Program-made: the position numbers and the translations under genes
In this document: piece after piece, positions 36,744 to 46,800 of the stretch
Numbering within the stretch: the first letter of the stretch is position 1
Layout of the letters: each line of letters starts with the position of its first letter
Virus record (IMG/VR): IMGVR_UViG_3300030376_003987
Coordinates: 32,001 to 96,000 of that record
Strand: one strand, 5' to 3'
Source: a virus
Taxonomy: Duplodnaviria; Caudoviricetes
Length of the DNA stretch: 64,000 nucleotides
Notes under the pieces: generated by a model
Seen by the model: the letters and a program-made list of their open reading frames with translations, nothing else
Told to the model about the DNA's origin: nothing
Databases searched by the model: none

Positions 36744-36751
36744 CAAAAATA
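36744..36751 (-). promoter_or_regulatory. -7 box TATTTTTG for the poly-Thr/GT operon
   Basis: caaaaata on + strand, about 20 nt upstream of ATG 36723. Confidence 0.5.
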
Positions 36752-36809
36752 TGAATATTCCTAGACTTATCTTAGTATCGTGGTAAATTAAAATAATTAA
36801 ATATGTTAA

Positions 36810-36838
36810 AGACTTCTAACTGATTTAATTAGAAGTCT
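36810..36838. terminator. 10-bp hairpin at the end of the lysis cassette
   Basis: agacttctaa/ttagaagtct. Confidence 0.5.
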
Positions 36839-36990
36839 AGTGTTAATGTTATTACAAAAAGATACAACTTGATAGTTGTATAATTGTACCTTTCATTTGG
36901 GTTTATTATCTCCCAACCCAGGGCAAGTCTTTGATGGGGCCAGTGAAATGCTATCTCTAGTTCCCAATCATCTAAATCGTAGTCTCTCAT
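36829..36990 (-). CDS. 53-aa hypothetical protein
   Basis: MRDYDLDDWELEIAFHWPHQRLALGWEII...LYLFVITLTLDF*; TAATG coupling to the upstream gene. Confidence 0.65.
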   Translation of the reverse strand: MRDYDLDDWELEIAFHWPHQRLALGWEIINPNERYNYTTIKLYLFVITLTLDF

Positions 36991-37454
36991 TAAAATATTT
37001 TATATTCTACAACAAAACCAAAACCTCCAGGATTGTTAGGTTGTGCAAAAACTCTAGCACCCACTGTAAATTTTCCAAGAGCTACTTCTGTTTGAATATA
37101 TAAAGTAGGCTCTATTAAAGATGCTTGAAATGTTTGCACACCTACAAGACCATTAAATCTTATAGGTTTTTTTGTATTAATAATAGAGTTTTGGACATCA
37201 ATATACTTTTCTTGAGTAGATATTATAGAATCTTTTGTTACAATTCTAGACTCTAATAATATTTCTCTACTTGAAAGTAGGTCTACTCTCTCTTCTAGTT
37301 CATTGTACAGCAACTTTAACGCATCATACTTAACTAGATCTTTAATAACCTGTCTAGCTTTGTCTTCAGTTAGAGTTACTACTGGAGTATCTGTCTGTGA
37401 AAAACTGTTGAAGCTCACTAACAGGAATACTATCAACCATTTTAACCTGTACAT
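36990..37454 (-). CDS. Putative outer-membrane spanin partner (signal peptide, coiled coil, beta-strand C-terminus)
   Basis: Signal peptide without a lipobox Cys, heptad region, ends GFGFVVEYKIF; overlaps the i-spanin-like gene. Confidence 0.55.
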   Translation of the reverse strand: MYRLKWLIVFLLVSFNSFSQTDTPVVTLTEDKARQVIKDLVKYDALKLLYNELEERVDLLSSREILLESRIVTKDSIISTQEKYIDVQNSIINTKKPIRFNGLVGVQTFQASLIEPTLYIQTEVALGKFTVGARVFAQPNNPGGFGFVVEYKIF

Positions 37455-37695
37455 ATTCCTTCTGTTTGATGATTTTAATTTTCTCTACTATCTCTTTGTC
37501 TATAGAGGATAAGCTATCTATCTTTTTTATAAGATTTCTATCTTTGATTTTATATAGTTCTAGTTCTTTTTTTAGTTCTACTAATTGAGTTTCGTATATA
37601 GCAACTGTTTTATCACTTTCCATTTGCATAAATAGTAACACTGCTATTATAATTAACGAAAACCATTGGTCTTTTAAAAAATTAATTATCCTCAT
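37366..37695 (-). CDS. Putative i-spanin (Rz-like)
   Basis: N-terminal TM then coiled coil; directly after the endolysin. Confidence 0.6.
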   Translation of the reverse strand: MRIINFLKDQWFSLIIIAVLLFMQMESDKTVAIYETQLVELKKELELYKIKDRNLIKKIDSLSSIDKEIVEKIKIIKQKEYVQVKMVDSIPVSELQQFFTDRYSSSNSN

Positions 37696-38131
37696 AAAAT
37701 TCTATTATGTCTTTATACTCTTTAGCTACTGAGAAACTAGGGCATGCTTTTCTAGCAAACTCATTATGTCCATGCAGTGTAGCACCATCGTATGCAGCCA
37801 TTAGCTCCATAAGAAGTCTCCATAGCGCTTCTTTTTGTTCTGGAGTTCTTGTATCTTCAGCAGGCCACTTGCCTCTTTTATCTTTTACTGCAGATACTCC
37901 ACCAATGTAACAAACACCAATGCTGTGTTTATTGTGTCCCCTGACGTGAGCCCCTGGGATTTCAATAGGTCTTCCGTTATGTATACTTCCATCTAAATAA
38001 ACTACATAGTGATATCCTATATCTCTCCAACCTCTACCTTCAACATGCCATCTTCTAATCTCATCAACGTCAAAGTGTTTTCCAGCAGGAGTAGCACTAC
38101 AATGTAATATGATCTTATCTATTCTTCTCAT
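37682..38131 (-). CDS. Endolysin, N-acetylmuramoyl-L-alanine amidase (T7 lysozyme-like, Amidase_2)
   Basis: IILHCSAT, IGYHY, GAHVRGHN, SIGVCYIGG, HGHNEF, KACPSF. Confidence 0.92.
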   Translation of the reverse strand: MRRIDKIILHCSATPAGKHFDVDEIRRWHVEGRGWRDIGYHYVVYLDGSIHNGRPIEIPGAHVRGHNKHSIGVCYIGGVSAVKDKRGKWPAEDTRTPEQKEALWRLLMELMAAYDGATLHGHNEFARKACPSFSVAKEYKDIIEFYEDN

Positions 38132-38367
38132 GGGCCTTCTTCAGATGAGTATGGATGATAGAAAGAATTATCTGATTTCTTTGCTTTGAATAGTTTTTCT
38201 ACTAGGTCTGAAACACCCTGTATAGATATGTATACAGTGGCTATTATTACCCAATCAGAAGATGTTATATTATCAGAGAACAGACCAAAACAAGCTACTA
38301 TAAATACAGTGAGCTTTCTACTGATCCATTTCTTTAAGAAATAATCTATCTTCTCTTTTCTACTCAT
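38128..38367 (-). CDS. Putative holin (2 TM)
   Basis: SRKLTVF...DWVIIATVYISIQGVSD; upstream of the endolysin. Confidence 0.65.
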   Translation of the reverse strand: MSRKEKIDYFLKKWISRKLTVFIVACFGLFSDNITSSDWVIIATVYISIQGVSDLVEKLFKAKKSDNSFYHPYSSEEGP

Positions 38368-38558
38368 ATATTTTTGTTAATCCAAGACTTTACAATGTCC
38401 CAGTTCTTATGTGCAAATACGCCAAAAGACACACCTGCCCATATTTTATATCCTGCAACCCAAAGTATGAGTCCAAGAATTAATCCTAAAGCGCCTTCAA
38501 CTCCATTTGAAATAATCCAGTTCTTGATAACGCTTATAATGTTTTTTAACTTTTTCAT
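38364..38558 (-). CDS. Small membrane protein (holin/antiholin candidate)
   Basis: Two hydrophobic segments, in the lysis cluster. Confidence 0.55.
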   Translation of the reverse strand: MKKLKNIISVIKNWIISNGVEGALGLILGLILWVAGYKIWAGVSFGVFAHKNWDIVKSWINKNI

Positions 38559-38559
38559 A

Positions 38560-38883
38560 TTATTTAATTTTAGAGTATAGGTTAATTAAATATTGTATAA
38601 CTAGTGCTCCTGCTGTAACAAGTCCAACAGTCCAAGAGAACTTCTTTTTAAATTCTTCTTGCTTCTCAACCTGTGATTCTAGTAACTCTATTTTCTTTTT
38701 AAGTTCATCAATATCATTCACAAAACCTCCTGTTTTTGTAAGAGAGTTTCCTAATATGGCATCAACAACTTGTGTTAATTTTGTATCAATGGAGTTCATT
38801 TTTTCCTCCATCTCGTCTAAACGATGGTCCATGTTTTTTAATTCTTGTTTTACTTGTTGTTGATAAGCAGTATGATCAGCCAT
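38560..38883 (-). CDS. Coiled-coil protein with a C-terminal TM (lysis-associated)
   Basis: Heptads then WTVGLVTAGALVIQYLINLY. Confidence 0.6.
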   Translation of the reverse strand: MADHTAYQQQVKQELKNMDHRLDEMEEKMNSIDTKLTQVVDAILGNSLTKTGGFVNDIDELKKKIELLESQVEKQEEFKKKFSWTVGLVTAGALVIQYLINLYSKIK

Positions 38884-38991
38884 GATTTATTCTTTATATG
38901 TATAAAAAAAACACACCTATTATATAAGTGTAGTGGATGGTTTTATACTAGATATAGGTGTAGTTGTGTAGAAGTTACACGATGTAATGAA

Positions 38992-38999
38992 CAAATATA
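38992..38999 (-). promoter_or_regulatory. -7 box TATATTTG for the lysis cassette
   Basis: caaatata in the divergent intergenic region. Confidence 0.55.
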
Positions 39000-39075
39000 A
39001 CTAAACTTTTTAGAATACCAAAACCGTTAGTCAAATTATTTACATAATATAGCATAAACTTTTCATTTATTTTTC

Positions 39076-39083
39076 TATATTTG
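39076..39083 (+). promoter_or_regulatory. -7 box TATATTTG for the multidomain glycosyltransferase
   Basis: 18 nt upstream of ATG 39102. Confidence 0.6.
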
Positions 39084-39101
39084 TAGATAAAATCAAATAC
39101 T

Positions 39102-42100
39102 ATGCCGCACAGTTGGAGTGGATTCAAATCTAGAGTCCAAAAATGGATAATTAACAATATACCAACCAATAAAAGAGTTCTTGATGTGGGTCCTGGTGCA
39201 GGAGTTTATGGAGAGTTACTATCTGGACATGGGTATCAAGTGGATGCTGTAGAAATATACTCACCATACATTGATAGGTTTTCTCTAAGAGAGAAATATG
39301 ACAATGTTTATGTGGGAGACATAAGAATATTTGATATATCAGACTATGATTTTATAATACTAGGTGATGTTCTAGAACACCTAACTGTAGAAGATGCTAC
39401 AAAACTTGTTGATTACATAACAAACAGTGGAAAAGAATGTTTAGTTGCTGTACCATATGAAATGGAGCAAGGTGAGTGGGAAGGTAATATGCATGAGACA
39501 CATTTACAAGAAGATCTAACTGAAGATGTAATGAAAGAACGTTACCCTGAATTAGATTTATTATGTGGTAATAACGACTATGGTTATTATATATACCAGA
39601 ATAAAAAACTAGACAGAGCTTATGTGCTATATGCAAACAATGCATATTACGATGTAGTATCTAAAGCTGTGCAAAGTATAAACTCTGTAACTGACACCCC
39701 TGTAATTGTGTATATGATAAACTCAGAGTGGGAAGTGCCTGGAGCAAAGACAATCAAGTGGGATTTACACGGTGTGTACATTAAGAAGAACGAATACATT
39801 GATAGAAACGACAGTGATGTATTTAAGTTACTGAGTCAGAGACCTTTAGTGATTGCTGATGCATTGGATAACTACGCACACACTGTAGCTTATATTGATT
39901 CAGACACTGTAGTGACTAAGTATATAGATAATATATTTGATTACTATCCACAGTATTGTGAGTATCCATACTTTGTACAAGGTATATATGACTACCTATT
40001 CATAAATGGTAGAGGTGGAGTAGAAACTAGAGACGAGATGTACAAGAGTTTAGAGCATGCAGCATGTGAGTTGTTTGGTGTAGATCAATCTGTAAGACAT
40101 AGATATAGGCAAACAGGATATTTTGTTGCTGGTCAACATTCACGCAAGTGGATTGATGAATGGGGATGGATGTGTAATCACCCAGCTATTGTAAAGAATC
40201 CTCAACTCTATGCACCATATCACGAAGAGACATTAGCTAATGTACTCTTGTGGAAGTATAATATACATGATGGTTTACCTATGATGTATATGAACTACAA
40301 GGGTGAGATAGATATAGACAATATAGAGTTCACTGGTAGTTTAAATCATGTGTCAGAATGGGTGGCTATTCCTGCTAAGGAAGAGGAACTTATGGCCTTC
40401 CACGGTGAGAAAGACTTAAATATTATGCAGAACATGATAGACAAGCTGTCTAAAAGTGTACTATTCTTAGCACCACATCTATCCACTGGTGGCATGCCTG
40501 AGTTCCTACTAAAAAGAATCAAGGCTCTTAGTGGGTTTAATATATATGTAGTGGAGTGGGCTAATTACAGTGATCACTTTGTTGTACAAAAGAACAAAAT
40601 CAAAAAACTTGTATCCAACTTCTATACATTAGGTGAAGATAAAACAGAGCTCATAGATATTATCAATAAGAACAACATTGATATTGTACATATAGATGAA
40701 ATGGCTGAGCATTTAGGAGATGGTTCAGAAGATGTACTACCTCTATTGTATGCTAAAGATAGATCATGGAAGATAATAGAGACATGTCACAACATATCAT
40801 TTAGGCCTGATAGAGATAAGAAGTATCACCCAGACGCATATGCATTCTGTTCACCATATCACTTAGAGACGTTTGTAAATATGAAATCTCACAAAGATGT
40901 TATAGAGTTTCCTGTGGACCCTGTAATATATGACTGGCAAACCAAACTAAACGCTAAGCATGACCTAGGGTTAGATCCTAAGAAACAACATGTAGTTAAT
41001 GTAGGACTGTGGACTAAGGGTAAGAATCAGGGAGAAGGATTGGCTCTTGCTAAAAAACTACCACATGTACAGTTTCACTTTGTTGGTAATCAAGCAGGTA
41101 ACTTCCAAGACTACTGGCAACCATTAATGAATGACGTACCAGACAATGTAACTGTATGGGGAGAGCGTGATGATGTAGACAAATTTTTATTAGCTGCAGA
41201 TGTATTTATGTTCAACTCTGTATGGGAGTGTAATCCACTAGCTATCAGAGAAGCTATATCATATGGCCTACCTATACTAGCACGTAACCTTGCACAGTAT
41301 AAAGATATGTTCACACCCTACATAGAGGATCTAAACCCTATGAAGATGAAGAACCAACTAAAACGCTTGTTAAATGAGCCTGTAAAATATGAGGTGCCTA
41401 CACACAACACTAGCACTGTGTTTGGTAAAAGACATGCTGAGCTCTATAAAGAGGTGTTAGACCTAGAGGTTGAGCAGTATGACAACTATCAAATACATCA
41501 GAGCTTTGTAGAAAGACCACGTATAGACATTACAGGTACATCTGACAGTGAGTTCACAGTGTATGTGTATGATGGACCAAAGCTTATATACGATAGTGTT
41601 ATGCGAACTAACCACTGGGCCATGCTTGATAGATCTTACTATACAGAATGGACCACTATTATCTTAAAGGATGGTGTAGAAGTGTATAACGAGAAGTTAA
41701 ATCTATACAATAAGCGTGTATATATAGCCTTTGATAGTAGCTCTTTAGGGGACTCTATAGCATGGATACCTTATGTATTAGAGTTTCAGAAGAAGCATGG
41801 TTGTAAGGTGATTGTAAGTACATTTAAGAACTTCTTATTTGAAGAGGTGTATCCTGAACTTGAGTTTGTAAAGCCTGGAACAGAAGTGCCTGGTATATAT
41901 GCAATGTATAAGATAGGATGGTTCTATGATAAAAACAGAGAGCCTCAGTTGCCAAATACAATTCCGTTACAAAAAGCCGCCACCAATATTTTAGGCCTAC
42001 CCTATGAGGAGATAGTGCCTAGAGTTAAGAGTGATTGGGGTAATGAGTGTGGTATGAAAGATAACTACAATGTCCCAGGTAAGTATGTAACCATAGCCAC

Positions 42101-42560
42101 TAACTCTACAGCTGGTTGTAAGTTCTGGACAAGAGAAGGGTGGCAAGAAGTTATAAATTATCTACATGGACAAGGTTACTTTGTGATCAATACATCTATA
42201 GAAAACAATCCTTTTGATAATTGTGAGAAGATAGTTGATACCAGTTTAGAATACACTATTGACTGTATAAGACAGAGTGAGTTCTTTATAGGACTGTCTA
42301 GTGGACTTAGTTGGTTAGCTTGGGCTATAGGTGTGCCTGTTGTAATGATATCAAATTTTACAGAAGCTGATCATGAATTCAGTTGCTATAGAGTGACTGA
42401 TGAGTCTTTGTGTCATGGATGTTGGAATAATCCAAACCATAAGTTTGATAAAGGAGATTGGGACTGGTGTCCTGAACATAAAAATACCCCTAGACATTTT
42501 GAATGTCATAGAGGTATAAAATCTGATAAGGTTATTGATATGATTAAATCTTTGGGTTAG
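39102..42560 (+). CDS. Four-domain enzyme: SAM methyltransferase + GT-A glycosyltransferase + GT4 + TibC/Aah-like protein O-glycosyltransferase
   Basis: VLDVGPGAG; AYIDSDTVV; HLSTGGMP...[16 protein letters not shown]; [29 protein letters not shown]...WCPEH...FEC iron finger. Confidence 0.85.
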   Translation: MPHSWSGFKSRVQKWIINNIPTNKRVLDVGPGAGVYGELLSGHGYQVDAVEIYSPYIDRFSLREKYDNVYVGDIRIFDISDYDFIILGDVLEHLTVEDATKLVDYITNSGKECLVAVPYEMEQGEWEGNMHETHLQEDLTEDVMKERYPELDLLCGNNDYGYYIYQNKKLDRAYVLYANNAYYDVVSKAVQSINSVTDTPVIVYMINSEWEVPGAKTIKWDLHGVYIKKNEYIDRNDSDVFKLLSQRPLVIADALDNYAHTVAYIDSDTVVTKYIDNIFDYYPQYCEYPYFVQGIYDYLFINGRGGVETRDEMYKSLEHAACELFGVDQSVRHRYRQTGYFVAGQHSRKWIDEWGWMCNHPAIVKNPQLYAPYHEETLANVLLWKYNIHDGLPMMYMNYKGEIDIDNIEFTGSLNHVSEWVAIPAKEEELMAFHGEKDLNIMQNMIDKLSKSVLFLAPHLSTGGMPEFLLKRIKALSGFNIYVVEWANYSDHFVVQKNKIKKLVSNFYTLGEDKTELIDIINKNNIDIVHIDEMAEHLGDGSEDVLPLLYAKDRSWKIIETCHNISFRPDRDKKYHPDAYAFCSPYHLETFVNMKSHKDVIEFPVDPVIYDWQTKLNAKHDLGLDPKKQHVVNVGLWTKGKNQGEGLALAKKLPHVQFHFVGNQAGNFQDYWQPLMNDVPDNVTVWGERDDVDKFLLAADVFMFNSVWECNPLAIREAISYGLPILARNLAQYKDMFTPYIEDLNPMKMKNQLKRLLNEPVKYEVPTHNTSTVFGKRHAELYKEVLDLEVEQYDNYQIHQSFVERPRIDITGTSDSEFTVYVYDGPKLIYDSVMRTNHWAMLDRSYYTEWTTIILKDGVEVYNEKLNLYNKRVYIAFDSSSLGDSIAWIPYVLEFQKKHGCKVIVSTFKNFLFEEVYPELEFVKPGTEVPGIYAMYKIGWFYDKNREPQLPNTIPLQKAATNILGLPYEEIVPRVKSDWGNECGMKDNYNVPGKYVTIATNSTAGCKFWTREGWQEVINYLHGQGYFVINTSIENNPFDNCEKIVDTSLEYTIDCIRQSEFFIGLSSGLSWLAWAIGVPVVMISNFTEADHEFSCYRVTDESLCHGCWNNPNHKFDKGDWDWCPEHKNTPRHFECHRGIKSDKVIDMIKSLG

Positions 42561-43878
42561 CTTTTGTACAGTAAACAGTTTCACCTTTATTATTTGTAAA
42601 GCCTATTACACCAGCTTTTCCATTTACACAAATTGATACAACATAAAGATCTGTCTCTTTATCACCACAGGCGTTAAACCATGCTATTGTAGCATTTGTT
42701 CCGTCTTTACCAGCAGGTCCCTGAGGTCCTGTGTCACCTTTACCACCAGTAGCTCCAGTTGCACCAGCTGGACCTTGTGGTCCTTGAATACCTTGTGGTC
42801 CTGTAGGGCCAGTTGCACCAGTACTTCCTGTTGCTCCAGTATCTCCCTTGGGTCCTTGAGGACCTGTAGAGCCAGTGTTTCCTTTAGGACCTGTAGCTCC
42901 ATCAACACCAGAGGTTCCATTAGAACCAGCTGGACCTTGTGAACCAGTATTTCCTTTTGGTCCTGTTGCACCTGTTGCACCAGTGTCACCCTTTTCACCA
43001 TTAACCCCAGAAGTTCCATTAGATCCTGCAGGTCCTGTAGGTCCTTGAGGTCCTGTAGCTCCTGTAGATCCAGTGTTTCCCTTAGCTCCATTTACTCCAC
43101 TTGTTCCACTACTACCATCAGAACCATCATTTCCAGGAACACCCTGTGAACCAGTTGCGCCAGTAGCACCATCAGAACCAGAGGTACCTGATGTACCATC
43201 TACACCAGCAGCTCCAGTAGATCCTGTATTTCCTTTAGGGCCTGTGGGACCTGTAGGTCCAGTAGCACCTTGTATTCCTTGAGGTCCTTGTGCACCAGTA
43301 TCTCCTTTATCTCCTTTTGGTCCTTGTATAGATCCACCACTTATCCAACCTTCAGCTGATGTCCATAACCATATAGAATCATCTGCTTGAACAATATAAG
43401 CATCACCGTTACTATTGCCTGTAGAGGGTAAGTTAGCTTCAGTAGCCACCTCACCTTTCATAGTTATACCCCATCCAGCATCTCCTTGAGCACCTGTATT
43501 TCCTCTTGGTCCTTGTATACCTTGTGCTCCCTGTGGTCCAGTTGCTCCAGTATCACCTTTAGGGCCTTGTGGTCCTGTGGGTCCTTGAGCAGCAGCGTTC
43601 TTACAACTTTTTCCAAATGCGCAGACAGTCCATGTATATAAAGCTTGTAAGTCTGCTCTTACTGATTCTAGATTGTTTATAATAGGTACAAGCGTCTGAA
43701 ACCTAGCATCATCTTCAACACTAGCTATAATAGTTTCATGAGACGTGATCTCTGAAGTTTCAGTACTAGGTGTTCTCACTACACCATCAGCATCCTTTCC
43801 TGGTCTAGTTCTTCCAGGATCATTTTTATAAAGAGGGTTCTTTAGTGCTATATCATTATTTAATACTTGATCTGCCAT
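42544..43878 (-). CDS. Collagen-like fibre protein
   Basis: Long Gly-X-Y runs (GPTGPQ, GATG, GNTG) with some GTS triplets and an LPSTGN...GDAYIV spacer. Confidence 0.85.
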   Translation of the reverse strand: MADQVLNNDIALKNPLYKNDPGRTRPGKDADGVVRTPSTETSEITSHETIIASVEDDARFQTLVPIINNLESVRADLQALYTWTVCAFGKSCKNAAAQGPTGPQGPKGDTGATGPQGAQGIQGPRGNTGAQGDAGWGITMKGEVATEANLPSTGNSNGDAYIVQADDSIWLWTSAEGWISGGSIQGPKGDKGDTGAQGPQGIQGATGPTGPTGPKGNTGSTGAAGVDGTSGTSGSDGATGATGSQGVPGNDGSDGSSGTSGVNGAKGNTGSTGATGPQGPTGPAGSNGTSGVNGEKGDTGATGATGPKGNTGSQGPAGSNGTSGVDGATGPKGNTGSTGPQGPKGDTGATGSTGATGPTGPQGIQGPQGPAGATGATGGKGDTGPQGPAGKDGTNATIAWFNACGDKETDLYVVSICVNGKAGVIGFTNNKGETVYCTKANPKI

Positions 43879-43880
43879 AT

Positions 43881-46800
43881 TTATCCGTTTTGTGTGTATT
43901 CTATTATAAATGTTGCTGTAGCTCCATAAATATGACCTGTACTTCCAGAAGCTACATAAGCAAATTGAACTCTATCTCCTGCGCTAAATGTAGCATCAGT
44001 ATCTGAGTACACATATAGTCCCATCATACTAGTAGTTCCACCACCAGTTGTAAGAGGTGTTTGTGAACTTGACAATGATCCATTAACATACACTCTAAAT
44101 GATGAAAAAAGTGTTGCTGTTGGAGTGGGGCCACTTATGTATTTTATTCTTATTGATCTAACTCTACCATTATATGGAGCAACGAAGTTGTTATAATATT
44201 GATTACTAGTGGTTTCAGATGTTGTCCCACCCATTGGCATATATATAATGCTACCACTCGTAAAACTACTTGCATAAAACACAGATGTTAGCGTCATTTT
44301 TTCCCAACTCCATTCAACTACACCTTGACCTTTAGATTTTAAATTTTGACCTGCTGCACCATAATCTCCATTAGCATCTCTTATTCCTGAAGATTCTAAA
44401 TAAAGATTACCTTTAAATAGGTGGAGCATGTTTTTAGGGTCAATATTTATACCAACATCTACTCCATGTATTAAAGTTTTATCAGTAGTGTTCCATTGGC
44501 TATAATTGTTAGTACCACCCCAATAATCATTAACATCACCAATTTTAATCAATGCATCACCATTTGAAGTACCTGCTACCTTTGCATCTATCATATTAGA
44601 GGTTCCTACAGTTCCAGTTTTTCCACTATAGAAATTTCCTAATAGGTAAGTATCACCCGCTACCTCTAGCTTATTCGCAGGACCAGTAGTGCCAATACCC
44701 ACTCGACCTAACCAATCAATTGTCATTCTTGTTGCTGGGGTTGCTCCAAGTCCTGTAGGAGCAGTGAGGAACTTGAGATTACCACCACCATTGGTTCCAC
44801 TTGCAGGATCCGAATAAGCTTCACATATTATTTGGCCCATTGTGTATCCTCCAGAACTTTGATCATCCTTACCTGCCCATTGTAATATACCTAGTTTCTG
44901 ATTAGCTGATATACTTGTGTCACTATTAAACAATGTAAGAACACCACCATTGTTAGTATTATGTCCTTGAATAGTAGCATCTGGAGCTGCTCCATATAGC
45001 ATAGTAGTAGAAGGAACAAATTGATTAACACCAAATGCACCAGCAGCAGCACTATTGACTACAGTTAGGTATCCATTACCAACTACAACATCATTTTGTC
45101 TGCTTCCTATACCACCACCAAGATTAATTTGTGCTCCTGTTTGTGCATATACAAGCATGTTAGTACTGTAAGTCCCAATAAAGTTATTGGTACCATTACC
45201 AATATATACAGTGCTACCATATATCTCACCATTTACATTGAATTCAAATCCAGAACTTACTGCAGTTGTACCATTTACAATAACTTGCCCAGTGTTATTA
45301 ATATGTAATTTTTCACTACCATTAGCAACCATAGATAATGTAGATCCAGTACCTGTTACATAAAACTCATCAGCTACACCATCAATATCTCCTATTGAGA
45401 AAGCTCCAGTAGTGGGAGAAATGTATAAACTTTGACCTCCACCAAGACCATCACTAACTTCAAAATTCTGACCAACACTTGTTGTAGATCCGTTATCACT
45501 ATTGTTTGAGTTACCTATAGTGGAGCCACTAGTAAACTTAACAAGTCTATTTGTAGTTCCTGATACGGTTACAGAAGAGCCACTTGTACCAGATGTTCCT
45601 GTTGTACCTGAAGTTCCTGTAGTACCACTCGTACCTGCTGTGCCTGCTGTACCACTTGTACCGCTTGTACCACTAGTTCCAGAAGTACCAGATGTACCAT
45701 CCCCACCATCATCACCACTTGTTCCACTTGTTCCACTGGTTCCATCTCCACCATCATCACCAGACGTACCAGAGGTTCCTGAGTTACCACTTGTGCCACT
45801 AGTGCCTGATGTACCATCATCACCGCTGGAGCCACTAGTACCAGATGTTCCAGAGGTTCCACTTGATCCTGAGTTACCACTGCTTCCAGATGTACCACTG
45901 GTTCCTGTAGTACCAGATGTACCACTATTACCAGAAGTACCACTTGTACCACTGTTACCTGATGTACCGCTTGTACCATCATCTCCTGATGTTCCTGAAG
46001 TGCCAGAGTTTCCACTGGTTCCAGACGTTCCAGAGGTTCCATCGTCACCACTAGAACCGCTTGTTCCACTTGTGCCAGATGTACCACTAGATCCACTATT
46101 TCCTGAACTACCAGAAGACCCAGCTGTACCAGATGTTCCACTGCTTCCAGGATCACCTTTGTCACCTGTTACAACAAAACAAACAGCTACATCATCGTTT
46201 GTTGAAAGAGGGTTATTTTCAGAAGCGGCTACTGGTGTAAGACTCATACTGTACCAATTAGAACCTGGTTGAGCTGTAGATGTAATAGCAAATAATACAA
46301 ACTCAGTTGCATCATTTTGGTCAGATATTCTTACATGTCCTAAAACTGCAGAGGTTCCAGCAGCTAGAGCATCATAGAAGCTTTCTATATCTTCTCCTTG
46401 ATCATCTAATGTACTAATGTCTAGTCTACTGGAGCTAGCTTGGTTAGTAGTGTAACGCAACTCAATCTTTCCAGATCCTGGATCAGATGTTATAGTACTT
46501 GCTTGACCATTATAAACATAATCAAAACATGCTCCACCAAAGGAACCATCATTTCCACTACTACCACTGCTTCCACTAGTACCAGAAGTACCTGAGCTTC
46601 CGCTATTACCACTAGATCCACTACTACCAGACGTACCAGATGTACCTGTAGTTCCACTTGTACCATCATCCCCACTAGTACCTGATGTACCACTGTTTCC
46701 AGATGTTCCACTAGTACCAGACGTACCATTGTCACCATCTATACCACTAGACCCTGAAGAACCAGATGTTCCTGTAGTTCCAGAAGTTCCTGATGAACCA

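Noticed and set aside
31585-42560. Glycosyltransferases as DNA hypermodification enzymes
   Set aside because: No hydroxymethylase, TET/JBP or other base-modification partner is visible here, and two domains resemble peptide-acceptor families. Not fully excluded without the rest of the genome.
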